Below, piece by piece: positions 19,505 through 28,708 of a stretch of 64,000 nt of DNA (position 1 is its first letter; each line of letters starts with the position of its first letter). The position numbers were made by a program, and so were the translations under genes. Below the pieces are notes generated by a model. It ran no database searches, was not told where the DNA came from, and saw only the letters and a program-made list of their open reading frames with translations. The DNA is taken from positions 1,664,001-1,728,000 of the forward strand of contig CAWHFW010000005.1 of the NCBI GenBank assembly GCA_963828735.1, in the 5' to 3' direction. This stretch comes from an uncultured Gemmatimonadales bacterium. GTDB taxonomy: Bacteria > Gemmatimonadota > Gemmatimonadetes > Gemmatimonadales > GWC2-71-9.

Positions 19505-21856
19505 ATGCTCCTCACACTCCTCCTGCTGACGGCTGACACCGATCCGGCCGCCGTGTACAACGGTCGCGCCGGTCGCTTGGACGTCCACCCACCGAGGCTC
19601 GAAGCCGAGCTCACGGTGGACGGGGCCCTGGACGAGGCGGCGTGGTCGCAGGCGGCGTTGCTCACGGGGTTCTCGCAGTTCGCGCCGGTAGACGGCGTCG
19701 CCGCGTCGGATTCGACCGAGGTGCTCGTGTGGTACTCGGCGACCGCGATCCACTTCGGAATCCGGGCGTTCGAGGCGCACGGCGAGGTGCACGCGACGCT
19801 CGCCGATCGCGATCGCATCGGCGCGGACGACAACGTGCAGATCCTGCTCGGCACGTTCGACGACGGGCGGCAGGCCTCCATGTTCGCGGTGAATCCGCTC
19901 GGCGTGCAGTCGGATGGCGCGCTGGTCGAGACCGGGGCCACCAGCGGCAATGGGTTCAACAACGCGGTGGTGCGGCGGGAGACGGCGGACCTGAGTCCCG
20001 ACTTCGTGTTCGAATCGAAGGGACGGCTCACCGACTACGGGTACGAGGTCGAGATCCGGATTCCGTTCAAGAGTCTCCGTTTCCAGCCGGCCGCGGAGCA
20101 GCGCTGGGGCATCAACGTGACGCGACAGGTGCAGCACTCCGGCGTCGAGGACTCGTGGGCGCCGGCCAAGCGTGCCAGCGCGTCGTTCCTCGGACAGTCG
20201 GGGCACCTCGTCGGGCTCACGGATCTCCGGCGCGGGCTGGTGCTCGAGTTCAATCCCTCGTTGACCTCGAAGACGACCGGATCGCCGGGCGTGAACGGCT
20301 GGGCGTACACCGGCGGTGGACCGGAGGTGGGCGGGAGCGTCCGCTGGGGCATCACCAACAATCTCAACCTCAACGCGACGGCGAACCCGGACTTCTCCCA
20401 GGTCGAGTCGGACGAGGGACAATTCCTGTTCGACCCGAGGAACGAGCTCTTCTTCTCCGAGAAGCGGCCGTTCTTCCTCGACGGCATCGAGCTATTCAAC
20501 ACGCCCAACTCGCTGATCTACACGCGGCGCATCGTCCAGCCGATGGGCGCCGCCAAGCTCACCGGCAAGGGATTCGGCACCGACATCGCGCTGCTCTCCG
20601 CGGTGGACGATCCGGGCGTCTCGGCGACCGGCGACGTCCATCCGGTCTACAACCTCCTCCGGCTGCAGCGCGACGTCGGGGCGCAGTCGCGCGTCGGCGT
20701 GGTCTACACCGACCAGGTCGTGGGCAGCGACTACAACCGCGTGGCCGGCGCCGACGCCCGGATCCTCTTCGGCGAGGTGTACAGCGTCCAGCTCCAGCTG
20801 GTCGGCAGCCGCACCCGCACCGGCGGCATCACGACGACGGCGCCGATGTGGTACACGCGGTTCGTCCGGAACGGGCGGACCTTCGGCTTTCGGTTCACCG
20901 CCAACGCGAGCGATCCGGACTTCCGGGCGCGGAGCGGCTTCTTCCCGCGTCCGGGGTTGTCCCACGTCAACTTCGATCCGCGGGTGACCGTGTACGGCCA
21001 GCCCGGGAGCCTGGTCGAGAGCGTAACCGGCGACGTGAACCTCGACGGGCTCTATCGGTACGATCAGTTCGCCACCAGCGAGGGCATGCAAGAAGAGAAG
21101 ATGCACTTCAACGGGAACGTGCGGCTCCGCGGCGGGTGGAACGTGGGCGCGTCGATGCTGGTCGAGGCGTTCGGCTATCCGGCCGAAGTGTACAGCGACT
21201 ATCGCATCGAACTGCCACGCGCCGACGCCAGCGGGGTCGATACGGTGCCGTTCGTGGGGAGTCCGCGCATTCCCAATCGCGACTACGTGCTCCAGCTCGA
21301 CACGCCCGAGTTCTCGACGTTTTCGGGCAACGTGTTCGTGCTGTGGGGGCACGACGAGAACTTCTACGAGTGGGCCTCCGGCGCGCTCACGCTGTTCAAC
21401 GCCGGCATGGACTGGCGGCCGACGGACCAGCTCAGGATCAACGGTACCTACCAGCTCCAGCGGGTGGGCCGCCGACCGGACGGCAGCACGGTCAACCTCC
21501 AGCACATCCCGCGGCTCAAGGTGGAGTACCAGGTGTCCCGGCCGGTCTTCGTGCGCGTGGTCGGGGAATACACCAGCGAACGGCAGGACAACCTGCGGGA
21601 CCACACGCGCACCGAGGCGCCGCTGCTGATCTTCGACCCCGCGGTGGACGACTTCGTGCGGGCGACAGCGTTCACGCGCGCGTCGTTCCGAGGGGACCTC
21701 CTGTTCTCGTACCAGCCCAACCCCGGCACGGTCCTGTTCGCGGGGTATGGGAGCACGCTGCGGGACCCGGTGGACCCGGACGATCCGCTGCGGACTGGGC
21801 TGCGGCGGTCGGACGACGGCTTCTTCTTCAAGATCAGCTATCTGTTTCGGATGTAG
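19505..21856 (+). CDS. DUF5916 / CBM9-like outer-membrane protein
   Basis: VDGALDEAAW, EIRIPFKSLRF, NPDFSQVESD, FFSEKRPFFLDG and C-terminal FFFKISYLFRM. Confidence 0.85.
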   Translation: MLLTLLLLTADTDPAAVYNGRAGRLDVHPPRLEAELTVDGALDEAAWSQAALLTGFSQFAPVDGVAASDSTEVLVWYSATAIHFGIRAFEAHGEVHATLADRDRIGADDNVQILLGTFDDGRQASMFAVNPLGVQSDGALVETGATSGNGFNNAVVRRETADLSPDFVFESKGRLTDYGYEVEIRIPFKSLRFQPAAEQRWGINVTRQVQHSGVEDSWAPAKRASASFLGQSGHLVGLTDLRRGLVLEFNPSLTSKTTGSPGVNGWAYTGGGPEVGGSVRWGITNNLNLNATANPDFSQVESDEGQFLFDPRNELFFSEKRPFFLDGIELFNTPNSLIYTRRIVQPMGAAKLTGKGFGTDIALLSAVDDPGVSATGDVHPVYNLLRLQRDVGAQSRVGVVYTDQVVGSDYNRVAGADARILFGEVYSVQLQLVGSRTRTGGITTTAPMWYTRFVRNGRTFGFRFTANASDPDFRARSGFFPRPGLSHVNFDPRVTVYGQPGSLVESVTGDVNLDGLYRYDQFATSEGMQEEKMHFNGNVRLRGGWNVGASMLVEAFGYPAEVYSDYRIELPRADASGVDTVPFVGSPRIPNRDYVLQLDTPEFSTFSGNVFVLWGHDENFYEWASGALTLFNAGMDWRPTDQLRINGTYQLQRVGRRPDGSTVNLQHIPRLKVEYQVSRPVFVRVVGEYTSERQDNLRDHTRTEAPLLIFDPAVDDFVRATAFTRASFRGDLLFSYQPNPGTVLFAGYGSTLRDPVDPDDPLRTGLRRSDDGFFFKISYLFRM

Positions 21857-21921
21857 CGGGCGGCGAATGTCCGCCGCCGCGGGTTCGCTCCCCATGTGCC
21901 GCCCCGCGTTACCTTCCTTCC

Positions 21922-22338
21922 ATGTCAGGCCAACTCTCCAGGACGCTGCGCCTCTTCGGGCGCGCGCTCCGGTTGCGGTGCCCGAACTGCGGTCAGGGCA
22001 GGTTGTTCACGTCCTGGCTTCGGATGCGCGAGCGGTGTCCCGTCTGCGGGCTCAAGCTGGAGCGCGGCGAAGAGGGATACCAGGTGGGCTCGTACATGTT
22101 CAACATCGTCGCCGCCGAGCTCGTGTTCGCGGCCGTGTTCGTGGGGGTCGTGGCGCTGACCTGGCCGGCGCCGCCGTGGAAGCTGCTTCAGTTCGGAGGG
22201 AGCGCCTTGATGGTGATCGCACCCTTCGTCTTCTTTCCCTTCTCCAAGACGCTCTTTCTCGCCTTCGATCTGGTGTTCCGTCCGGCGTCGAACGACGAGC
22301 TCTGGGGGCCGGCCGGCGACTCGGTCCGCACGCGCTGA
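21922..22338 (+). CDS. DUF983 zinc-ribbon membrane protein
   Basis: RCPNCGQGRLF...CPVCG followed by two TM helices. Confidence 0.85.
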   Translation: MSGQLSRTLRLFGRALRLRCPNCGQGRLFTSWLRMRERCPVCGLKLERGEEGYQVGSYMFNIVAAELVFAAVFVGVVALTWPAPPWKLLQFGGSALMVIAPFVFFPFSKTLFLAFDLVFRPASNDELWGPAGDSVRTR

Positions 22339-22865
22339 TGGAGCTCGACCTCCCCGGCGGCCGGATCCGAAGCTGGCGCCCGGGCGACGAGCCCTCGCTG
22401 GCGCGCCACGCGGACAACCGGAAGATCTGGCTCAACGTGCGCGACCGCTTCCCGCATCCGTACACCCTCGCGGCCGCCGAAGAATGGGTGGCCATGGCCT
22501 CGGCGGCGGACCCCCAGACCCAGTTCGCGATCGAGGTGGGCGGTGAGGCGGTGGGCGGGATCGGGCTGTTCCTGCAGCAGGACGTGGAGCGCTACTCGGC
22601 GGAGATCGGGTATTGGCTCGGCGAAGCGTACTGGGGGCGGGGAATCGCGACGGCGGCGGTGCAACGGTTCACGGACTACGCGTTCGACGCGTTCGGGCTC
22701 TGCCGGATCTATGCGAGCGTGTTCGTCTCGAATGAAGGGTCGATCCGGGTGCTGGAGAAGACCGGATATCAGCTCGAAGGGCGGCTACGGCAGGCGGCGG
22801 TGAAGGATGGGCAGGTGGTGGACGGGCTGCTCTACGCGACGCTGCGGCCGTTTCGAGGGCCTTGA
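22338..22865 (+). CDS. GNAT N-acetyltransferase (RimJ/RimL-like)
   Basis: FPHPYT, AEIGYWLGEAYWGRGI and NEGSIRVLEK, with TGATG overlap. Confidence 0.9.
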   Translation: MELDLPGGRIRSWRPGDEPSLARHADNRKIWLNVRDRFPHPYTLAAAEEWVAMASAADPQTQFAIEVGGEAVGGIGLFLQQDVERYSAEIGYWLGEAYWGRGIATAAVQRFTDYAFDAFGLCRIYASVFVSNEGSIRVLEKTGYQLEGRLRQAAVKDGQVVDGLLYATLRPFRGP

Positions 22866-22890
22866 CCGTGCGGTCGGGGTCCGCGGCTGC

Positions 22891-22996
22891 GGCGGGGGCG
22901 GGGCTCGCGGCGGTCGCTGCAGGGCGCTCCGGCGGGTGGGATCGCGCAGCGGGTTGAGCGCGCCCTGACGCTCCCTCTGCGAGCCCCGCCCCCGCC
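22891..22996. repeat. ~106-bp palindromic element with 18-bp perfect terminal inverted repeats
   Basis: GGCGGGGGCGGGGCTCGC (22891-22908) pairs with GCGAGCCCCGCCCCCGCC (22979-22996). Inner pair CAGGGCGC/GCGCCCTG. Confidence 0.75.
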
Positions 22997-23070
22997 TCCG
23001 CCCGACGCTCCTGGGCGCGCGAGCTCTCGTTCGAGCGACGACATTGCCTGATTCGCTATCTTCGCCCGGT

Positions 23071-23103
23071 CTTACCGTCTTACCGTCTTACCGTCCTTAC
23101 CGT
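23071..23103. repeat. Short tandem repeat (CTTACCGT)x4
   Basis: Three contiguous copies, one extra C, then a fourth copy. Confidence 0.9.
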
Positions 23104-23197
23104 TGCGTGCAAATCCTTCCCTCACCCGCATCACCCGACTTGCCGGGGCATGGACATTGCCCCATCGTGTCATTGCTTCCCTCTCATCGAGGTCCCT

Positions 23198-23785
23198 GTG
23201 AACCGAGCGCTCTACGCCGCGGGCTGGGGGTATGTGGCGCTCTGCGGCCTGGTTCTGCTGACGCGGCGCGGCGGCGCGCCCGTGGCAGTCGGCGGAGAGC
23301 CGCCCGCCCCCGTCCCCGCCTTCCGCGGCGAGGCGGGCGAGTGGTTCGCCCAGGTCAAGCCGTTCTGCAATGCCGTCGAGGTGGAGGTCCGGCAGCAGCA
23401 CCTGCCCGCGCCGGCCACGGTAGACGGGGCGGGGTACAGTGCGGCCTGCTACGCGCTCGCCGGGAAGATCGATCGCGCGCGTGAAGTGATCGACCGGCTG
23501 GCCGACGGCGACCGGAGCAGCGCCGCCGGCATCGTGTTCGAGGTCGGCCACCCCGTGGCCGACGCCGGCGACGATCAGTCGGCCGGCCCCATCATGCGGC
23601 TGGTGGTGAGCTATCAGCCCCGGAACTACATGGCGCTCTACCACGCCGGGATGTCCGAGTACATCCTGGGCCAGATGGACCTCGCGAAGACCCACCTGAC
23701 TCAGTTCCTCGACCTCTACCGCAGCGACGACGGCTGGCGGAGCAACGCGCTCGACGTGCTCCGCCGGCTGGACGCCGCGCACTGA
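23198..23785 (+). CDS. Membrane-anchored TPR-like protein
   Basis: N-terminal hydrophobic helix and TPR-like PRNYMALYHAGMSEYILGQMDLAKTHLTQFL. GAGGT precedes the GTG. Confidence 0.65.
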   Translation: MNRALYAAGWGYVALCGLVLLTRRGGAPVAVGGEPPAPVPAFRGEAGEWFAQVKPFCNAVEVEVRQQHLPAPATVDGAGYSAACYALAGKIDRAREVIDRLADGDRSSAAGIVFEVGHPVADAGDDQSAGPIMRLVVSYQPRNYMALYHAGMSEYILGQMDLAKTHLTQFLDLYRSDDGWRSNALDVLRRLDAAH

Positions 23786-23792
23786 GCCGCTC

Positions 23793-25634
23793 GTGACGTC
23801 GTCCGCCGCGGCGTCCGGGCCCGGCTATCTCTCACCGGGAACCGTGCTGCGGGGCCGGTACGAGATCGGTCGCGAGCTCGGCCGCGGCGGCTACTCGGTG
23901 GTCTACCTCGCTCGCGACCGAGAGCTGGACACCGACGTCGCGCTCAAGCTGCTCGTCCCGCCGCCCGCGGCGGCGATTGTGGCCCGCGAGCGAATGCGCC
24001 GCGAGGTCCAGGCCGTGCGCGGCCTCTCCCACGCCAACATCGTGGCCGTCTTCGATTTTCTCGAAGAGGGCCCGTGGAGCTTCATCGTGATGGAGTACGT
24101 CCGCGGCCCCGACCTGCAGGTTCGGGTGGCCGACCGCGGCCCGCTCGACGCGGACACCGCCGTCGCCCTCGGCCGCGACGTGGCGGCGGCGCTTTCCACG
24201 GCGCACCGACGGGGCATCCTCCACCGCGACGTGAAGCCGCAGAACATTCTGCTCGATTCGGACGGCAGGGCCCGCCTCACGGACTTCGGCTCCGCCAAGC
24301 TCGACGGGCAACTCGGCGTCACCGGAAGCGGAACCCTGGCCGGCACGCTCGCGTATACCGCGCCCGAGGTGCTGGCGGGCCGCCGTGGCGACGCTCGAGC
24401 CGACGTGTATGCGCTCGGTCTCACGCTCTACTATGCGCTCACCGGCGACCTGCCCGAGCGCTCCTCACCGCACCTCCCGCCGACGCCTGTGCTCGAAGGA
24501 TTTCGCCCGCGGCGATCCGCGCCCGCCGCCCCGGGCTGGCTCGACGACGTCGTGGCGCACGCGACCGCCTCAGCGGCCGAGGCCCGCTTTCCGACGGCGG
24601 CTTCGCTCGGCGAGGCGCTTGCGCGACCCGGGGCTGCGTCGGCGCTGCTGATGGATGACGGCGGCACGTGTCTGCTCTGCGCCGGCCCGGACCCCCTGGC
24701 CCTCGGCCTGTGTCCGGCGTGCGGCGGCTCGACTGACGCCGCTGACACGCTCGTCTTCCTGCGGCGTGAGGCGACGGCCTCGGATCGTCGCGCCGCCGCG
24801 CTCCGTCTCGCGGTGGTACTACCGGACCTGGAGCGCGGCGCGACGCGCGCGGCCGCGTGCGGTGAGCGGCCGGTCTTCCGGGTGCCGAGGGCCGGCGTGA
24901 CGCGCCTGGTGCAGGAGCTCGAGCGGCGCGACCTGGCCGTACGGGCGGTTCCCACCACCCGCGCGTGGAGCGCGCTGCCGGCCAAGGCGTGGGTCACGGC
25001 CGGCGCGGCGGTGACCGCGGGCGCGATCGCGGGAACGGCGGCGATGCCCTTTCTGCTCTGGACCAGCCCGATCGTTGGGACGCTCGTGCTGATGGGTGCC
25101 CGGCGAGATGCGCGGACGCCGCTCGTGGCGCCGCCCGCCCGCGAGGCCGCGTTACCCCCGGCGCTCGAGCGCACGGTGATCGAGGCCCTGGTGGGGCTCC
25201 CGCCCGGCACGGCGCGGAGCCTGCTCGCGGACGTGGTGCGGGCGAGCGACGGGTTGTTCGCCACTCTCGCGAGCGCGGGCGACGAGCGCGGCATCGGGGC
25301 CTCGATCGAGGAGCTGGTGGCGGCAGCGTGCCGGGCCGCCACGGACCTGGCCGATCTGGACGAGAACCTCGCCCGGTTCGAGCGCCAGCGCGAGCGTTTC
25401 GCGGCCGCCGCGCCCGAACGGCTGGACGCGCTCACCCGCTCGGAGCGGACGCGCGATGCGCTGGTGCAGCGGCTGCTGGAGGCGATGACCGCGGTCGCGA
25501 GGCTTCGGACGCAGCAGGCGGAGCTGGCGCAGGCGAGCGATCCCACACTCAGCGAGCTCGCAAGCGAGCTCCGGCGCGAGGCGGAAGCGCAAGCCGCCGC
25601 GGCACAGGAGCTGGAGGCGTTCCTGAGGAGTTAG
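23793..25634 (+). CDS. Hanks-type Ser/Thr protein kinase with zinc ribbon, TM hairpin and C-terminal coiled coil
   Basis: GRGGYSVV, VALK, HRDVKPQN, DFG, APE and DVYALG kinase motifs, followed by CLLC...CPAC. Confidence 0.92.
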   Translation: MTSSAAASGPGYLSPGTVLRGRYEIGRELGRGGYSVVYLARDRELDTDVALKLLVPPPAAAIVARERMRREVQAVRGLSHANIVAVFDFLEEGPWSFIVMEYVRGPDLQVRVADRGPLDADTAVALGRDVAAALSTAHRRGILHRDVKPQNILLDSDGRARLTDFGSAKLDGQLGVTGSGTLAGTLAYTAPEVLAGRRGDARADVYALGLTLYYALTGDLPERSSPHLPPTPVLEGFRPRRSAPAAPGWLDDVVAHATASAAEARFPTAASLGEALARPGAASALLMDDGGTCLLCAGPDPLALGLCPACGGSTDAADTLVFLRREATASDRRAAALRLAVVLPDLERGATRAAACGERPVFRVPRAGVTRLVQELERRDLAVRAVPTTRAWSALPAKAWVTAGAAVTAGAIAGTAAMPFLLWTSPIVGTLVLMGARRDARTPLVAPPAREAALPPALERTVIEALVGLPPGTARSLLADVVRASDGLFATLASAGDERGIGASIEELVAAACRAATDLADLDENLARFERQRERFAAAAPERLDALTRSERTRDALVQRLLEAMTAVARLRTQQAELAQASDPTLSELASELRREAEAQAAAAQELEAFLRS

Positions 25635-25915
25635 GGCGGCTCCGGAGGCTTTCCATTACCCATGCCCAGCCCCGTTTCCTGTCGCCCACCCGCCACAGCA
25701 GTCGCATCCTCGGCCTCCCTAGCGCAACCAACTGCAGACCTATACTGGCTTGTGCCAAGCTCCATTCCCTCGCGGGCTTGCACCGGTGCTCGGCCATCCT
25801 GTTACCCACCCCCGAGGCATGCGTCCGCTGGCGTACCTCTTGCCCCTCCCCTTCTGAACACTCCTGACACATCGATCACATCGAATACTACTCCCCGGGG
25901 AGCGGCCGGGCCTCT

Positions 25916-27130
25916 ATGCGCGTGTTGCTGCTCAACTACGAGTATCCGCCCTGCGGCAGCGGGGCCGGCCTCACGACCGAAGCCCTCGCCGAAGGCCTTG
26001 CGACGCGCGGGGTGACGGTCGATGTCGTCGCCGGCGGAGATCATGCGTCCTCCGATCCCAAACTGTTCTGGGACGGCGAAGCCGAGTCGGAGGGTATGCT
26101 CATGGTCCACCGGGTCTCGAGCCGGCGGCGCGCGGCCCAGGAGTCGGGGGTCCGAGGGGCGATGGGCTACCTCTCGGCTGCCCTGCCCGTGGTCCGCCGC
26201 CTGCTCGAGCGTGAGCAGTACGACGTCGTGCATTTCGTGTTCTCGCTTCCCACCGCGGCCATGCTGCCGCTGCTCGACCTGCACGGGGCGCCGCTCGTCG
26301 TGTCACTTCGTGGATCCGACGTCCCCGGATACGACGAGCGTCTACGCGGCGTGCAGCGCGCGCACCGGCTGCTCAACCCGCTCACCCGTTGGATCTGGCG
26401 CCGCGCCGACCGTGTGGTGGTTCCCTCGGAGAGCCTTGGGCGACTCGCGCAACGGACCGATCCGCGGCTCCGGTACTCGGTGGTTCATGGAGGCGTGGAG
26501 CTGAGCTGCTTCCGACCGCGCGTCGCGCTCCGGCGGGTGCCGGATGGAATCACCCGCTGCCTCGCGGTGGCGCGACTGGTCGAGCGCAACGGTCTGGATG
26601 ACCTCATCGAGGCGTTCGCGCTCCTCGACCGGGAGCGATACCAGCTCGAGATCGTCGGCAGCGGGCCGCACGAGGCGGCCCTGCGCGAGCGAACGCAGCG
26701 GCTCGGGCTCGAGCGCCAGGTGAGGTTCACCGGCTGGCTCGACCGCGGGCAGATGGCGCGGCGGTATCGGGAGGCCGATCTGTTCACGCTCACGCCCTGG
26801 GTCGAGTCGTTCGGCAACAGTTTCCTCGAGGCGCTGGCCTCGGGGCTTCCCGTGGTCGGAAGTCACGTCGGGGGAATCCCCGAGATGATCGAGCACTCCA
26901 AAAACGGGATGCTGGTGAAGCCGCGCCGCCCGCCCGAGCTGGCCCACGCGATTTCCTACCTTGCCGCCGATCCGCGGCTCTGCGCCGAGATCGGACGGCG
27001 GAATCGCGCGCAGGCGGAACAGAAGTTTTCCTGGGACCGGATGACCACTCGCTACATCTCGCTCTATAACGGCGTCCAGCACCACGTCCCTGCCCGCCGA
27101 GTGGTGGAACTTCCCTCGAGCAGTTGGTAG
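25916..27130 (+). CDS. Glycosyltransferase family 4
   Basis: MRVLLLNYEYPP and ESFGNSFLEALASGLPVV (EX7E). Confidence 0.92.
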   Translation: MRVLLLNYEYPPCGSGAGLTTEALAEGLATRGVTVDVVAGGDHASSDPKLFWDGEAESEGMLMVHRVSSRRRAAQESGVRGAMGYLSAALPVVRRLLEREQYDVVHFVFSLPTAAMLPLLDLHGAPLVVSLRGSDVPGYDERLRGVQRAHRLLNPLTRWIWRRADRVVVPSESLGRLAQRTDPRLRYSVVHGGVELSCFRPRVALRRVPDGITRCLAVARLVERNGLDDLIEAFALLDRERYQLEIVGSGPHEAALRERTQRLGLERQVRFTGWLDRGQMARRYREADLFTLTPWVESFGNSFLEALASGLPVVGSHVGGIPEMIEHSKNGMLVKPRRPPELAHAISYLAADPRLCAEIGRRNRAQAEQKFSWDRMTTRYISLYNGVQHHVPARRVVELPSSSW

Positions 27131-27147
27131 GTCCACGGACCTCTTCC

Positions 27148-28461
27148 ATGCCTGAACTCGCGGAGTGGCTGTCGGGCGGCTCGCCCGCGCAGCTGTTCGT
27201 GCACGGCCACACCCACGCCGACCGCGCGCTGGTGCTGGCGCGTCCTCAGGACATCGTCTGCGTGCCAGACGAGGTTGACCCCTCGTATCTGGCCTACCTG
27301 GCAAACCTGGGTCTCGGACCACGACCGGGGCACGTCGTCGCCGCATCACGCTTCGGCCCGCCCGCCCCGGCCGACCGGGCATTCTGGGCCCAGCTTGCCT
27401 GGGTCGCCGACGCACTCCGCGCGCTGGCGGACCTGCTCCGCCGAAACGGCGTCACGCGGCTCCATCCGTTTGCAACGTCCGGCGGCGAACAGTCGCTGGC
27501 CGCGGCGCTCGAGGTCGCGGCGGACACGGAGGTCCGCGTCGCCGCGGCCGATCCCGAGACCGCGGCATACGCCAGGCAGAAGCACCACATCCGCGCGAAG
27601 GCGATGGAGCTGGGCGTGCCCGTGGCGGACGGCGAGGTGGTGACGCTGCCCAAGGCCGGAGGCCGCCGGCGCGGCGACTACGACGCCGTGCGCGCCGCGG
27701 TAGAGCGCCACCTGCGTCCCACAGGCCGCGCCATCGTGCGCGGCGCGCAGGGTGCGGCCGGCGAGTCCACCTTCGTCGTCGGCGGCCGGGGCGAGGACGT
27801 GGACGGGCTGCTTCGCCGCCTGTGCCAGCGCGAGGACAACCGGGTGTACCTGGTCGAGGTGCTTCTCCCGGCGATCGTGTCGCCCCATGTGCAGCTCCAC
27901 GTCGCACCCGATGGCGGGCCGATCGTCTGTGTGGGCGTCACCGACCAGCGGTGGGAGCGGCCGTTCGTCCACGGGGGCAACATCCATCCGTCGGCCGGCC
28001 GGAGCGTGCAGGAGATGCTGGATTGGGCGGAGCGGCTTGCGCGTTGGCTCCAGGGCCTGGGCTACGCCGGACTTCTCGGGCTCGACTTCGTGGAGTATGC
28101 GGACCCGGACACGGGCGCCGTGCGGACCATCCTCGCCGAACTGCATCCGGACATGGATACGGCCACCTACCCCCTCGCGATCCAGCAACGCTTGAACGCG
28201 GGGCAGCGCGAGTGGGGCCGTCCGGAGAGCGGGGCGTTCGTGTCTGGCACCCTCAAGATCCGGCCAACGACGTTCGCGCGGTTTCGGCGAGCGGCGGAGC
28301 CGTTCCTGTACTCGCCCCGCACCGGGCGCGGGATGGTTCCCTACCACGTGAGCCGGCTGGGAGAGGGTCGCTGTGGCATGGTGATGCTGGGTGGCTCGAG
28401 GGACGAGGTGCTGCGCGCCTACGGCGAGCTCCAGACCTGGTGCCGGCGAGAGGAGCGCTGA
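27148..28461 (+). CDS. Pre-ATP-grasp/ATP-grasp-like ligase (PGM1-like), divergent
   Basis: DRALVLARPQD..VDPSYLAYLANLGLG, KHHIR..A.ELGVPVADG, YLVE, HGGNIHP and GLLGLDF. Confidence 0.65.
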   Translation: MPELAEWLSGGSPAQLFVHGHTHADRALVLARPQDIVCVPDEVDPSYLAYLANLGLGPRPGHVVAASRFGPPAPADRAFWAQLAWVADALRALADLLRRNGVTRLHPFATSGGEQSLAAALEVAADTEVRVAAADPETAAYARQKHHIRAKAMELGVPVADGEVVTLPKAGGRRRGDYDAVRAAVERHLRPTGRAIVRGAQGAAGESTFVVGGRGEDVDGLLRRLCQREDNRVYLVEVLLPAIVSPHVQLHVAPDGGPIVCVGVTDQRWERPFVHGGNIHPSAGRSVQEMLDWAERLARWLQGLGYAGLLGLDFVEYADPDTGAVRTILAELHPDMDTATYPLAIQQRLNAGQREWGRPESGAFVSGTLKIRPTTFARFRRAAEPFLYSPRTGRGMVPYHVSRLGEGRCGMVMLGGSRDEVLRAYGELQTWCRREER

Positions 28462-28463
28462 GG

Positions 28464-28493
28464 TTGACACTCGGGGTCGCGGGCCCGTAATAT
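28464..28493 (+). promoter_or_regulatory. Sigma70-type promoter
   Basis: TTGACA-N18-TAATAT. Confidence 0.65.
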
Positions 28494-28518
28494 CCGTCAT
28501 CTCGATCCCGAGTCGAAT

Positions 28519-28587
28519 GTGACGTTGTCGAAGCGCGAGATCGTGTGCATGTGTCGCTGTATGGTCCCCGTCGAGGCGTGGGGCTAG
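28519..28587 (+). CDS. Putative Cys/Met-rich leader peptide
   Basis: GTG-start [25 protein letters not shown] lying between the promoter and a terminator hairpin. Confidence 0.55.
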   Translation: MTLSKREIVCMCRCMVPVEAWG

Positions 28588-28621
28588 AGCGGTCGCGCGC
28601 GAGCTCAGGATGTTCGAGATC

Positions 28622-28665
28622 ACCGGCCGCACTCCCTCGGGGAGCCCGCGGCCGGTCTTCGTTTC
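28622..28665 (+). terminator. Attenuator-like terminator hairpin in the sulfurtransferase leader
   Basis: ACCGGCCGC...CTCCC-TCG-GGGAG...GCGGCCGGT followed by CTTCGTTTC. Confidence 0.6.
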
Positions 28666-28708
28666 GGGATGCGACCAGCGATCTCGTCCACGTCCAAGGA
28701 GGCTAGTG

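Noticed and set aside
23071..23103. Possible CRISPR array
   Set aside because: These are contiguous 8-bp units with no spacers, and there are no cas genes.
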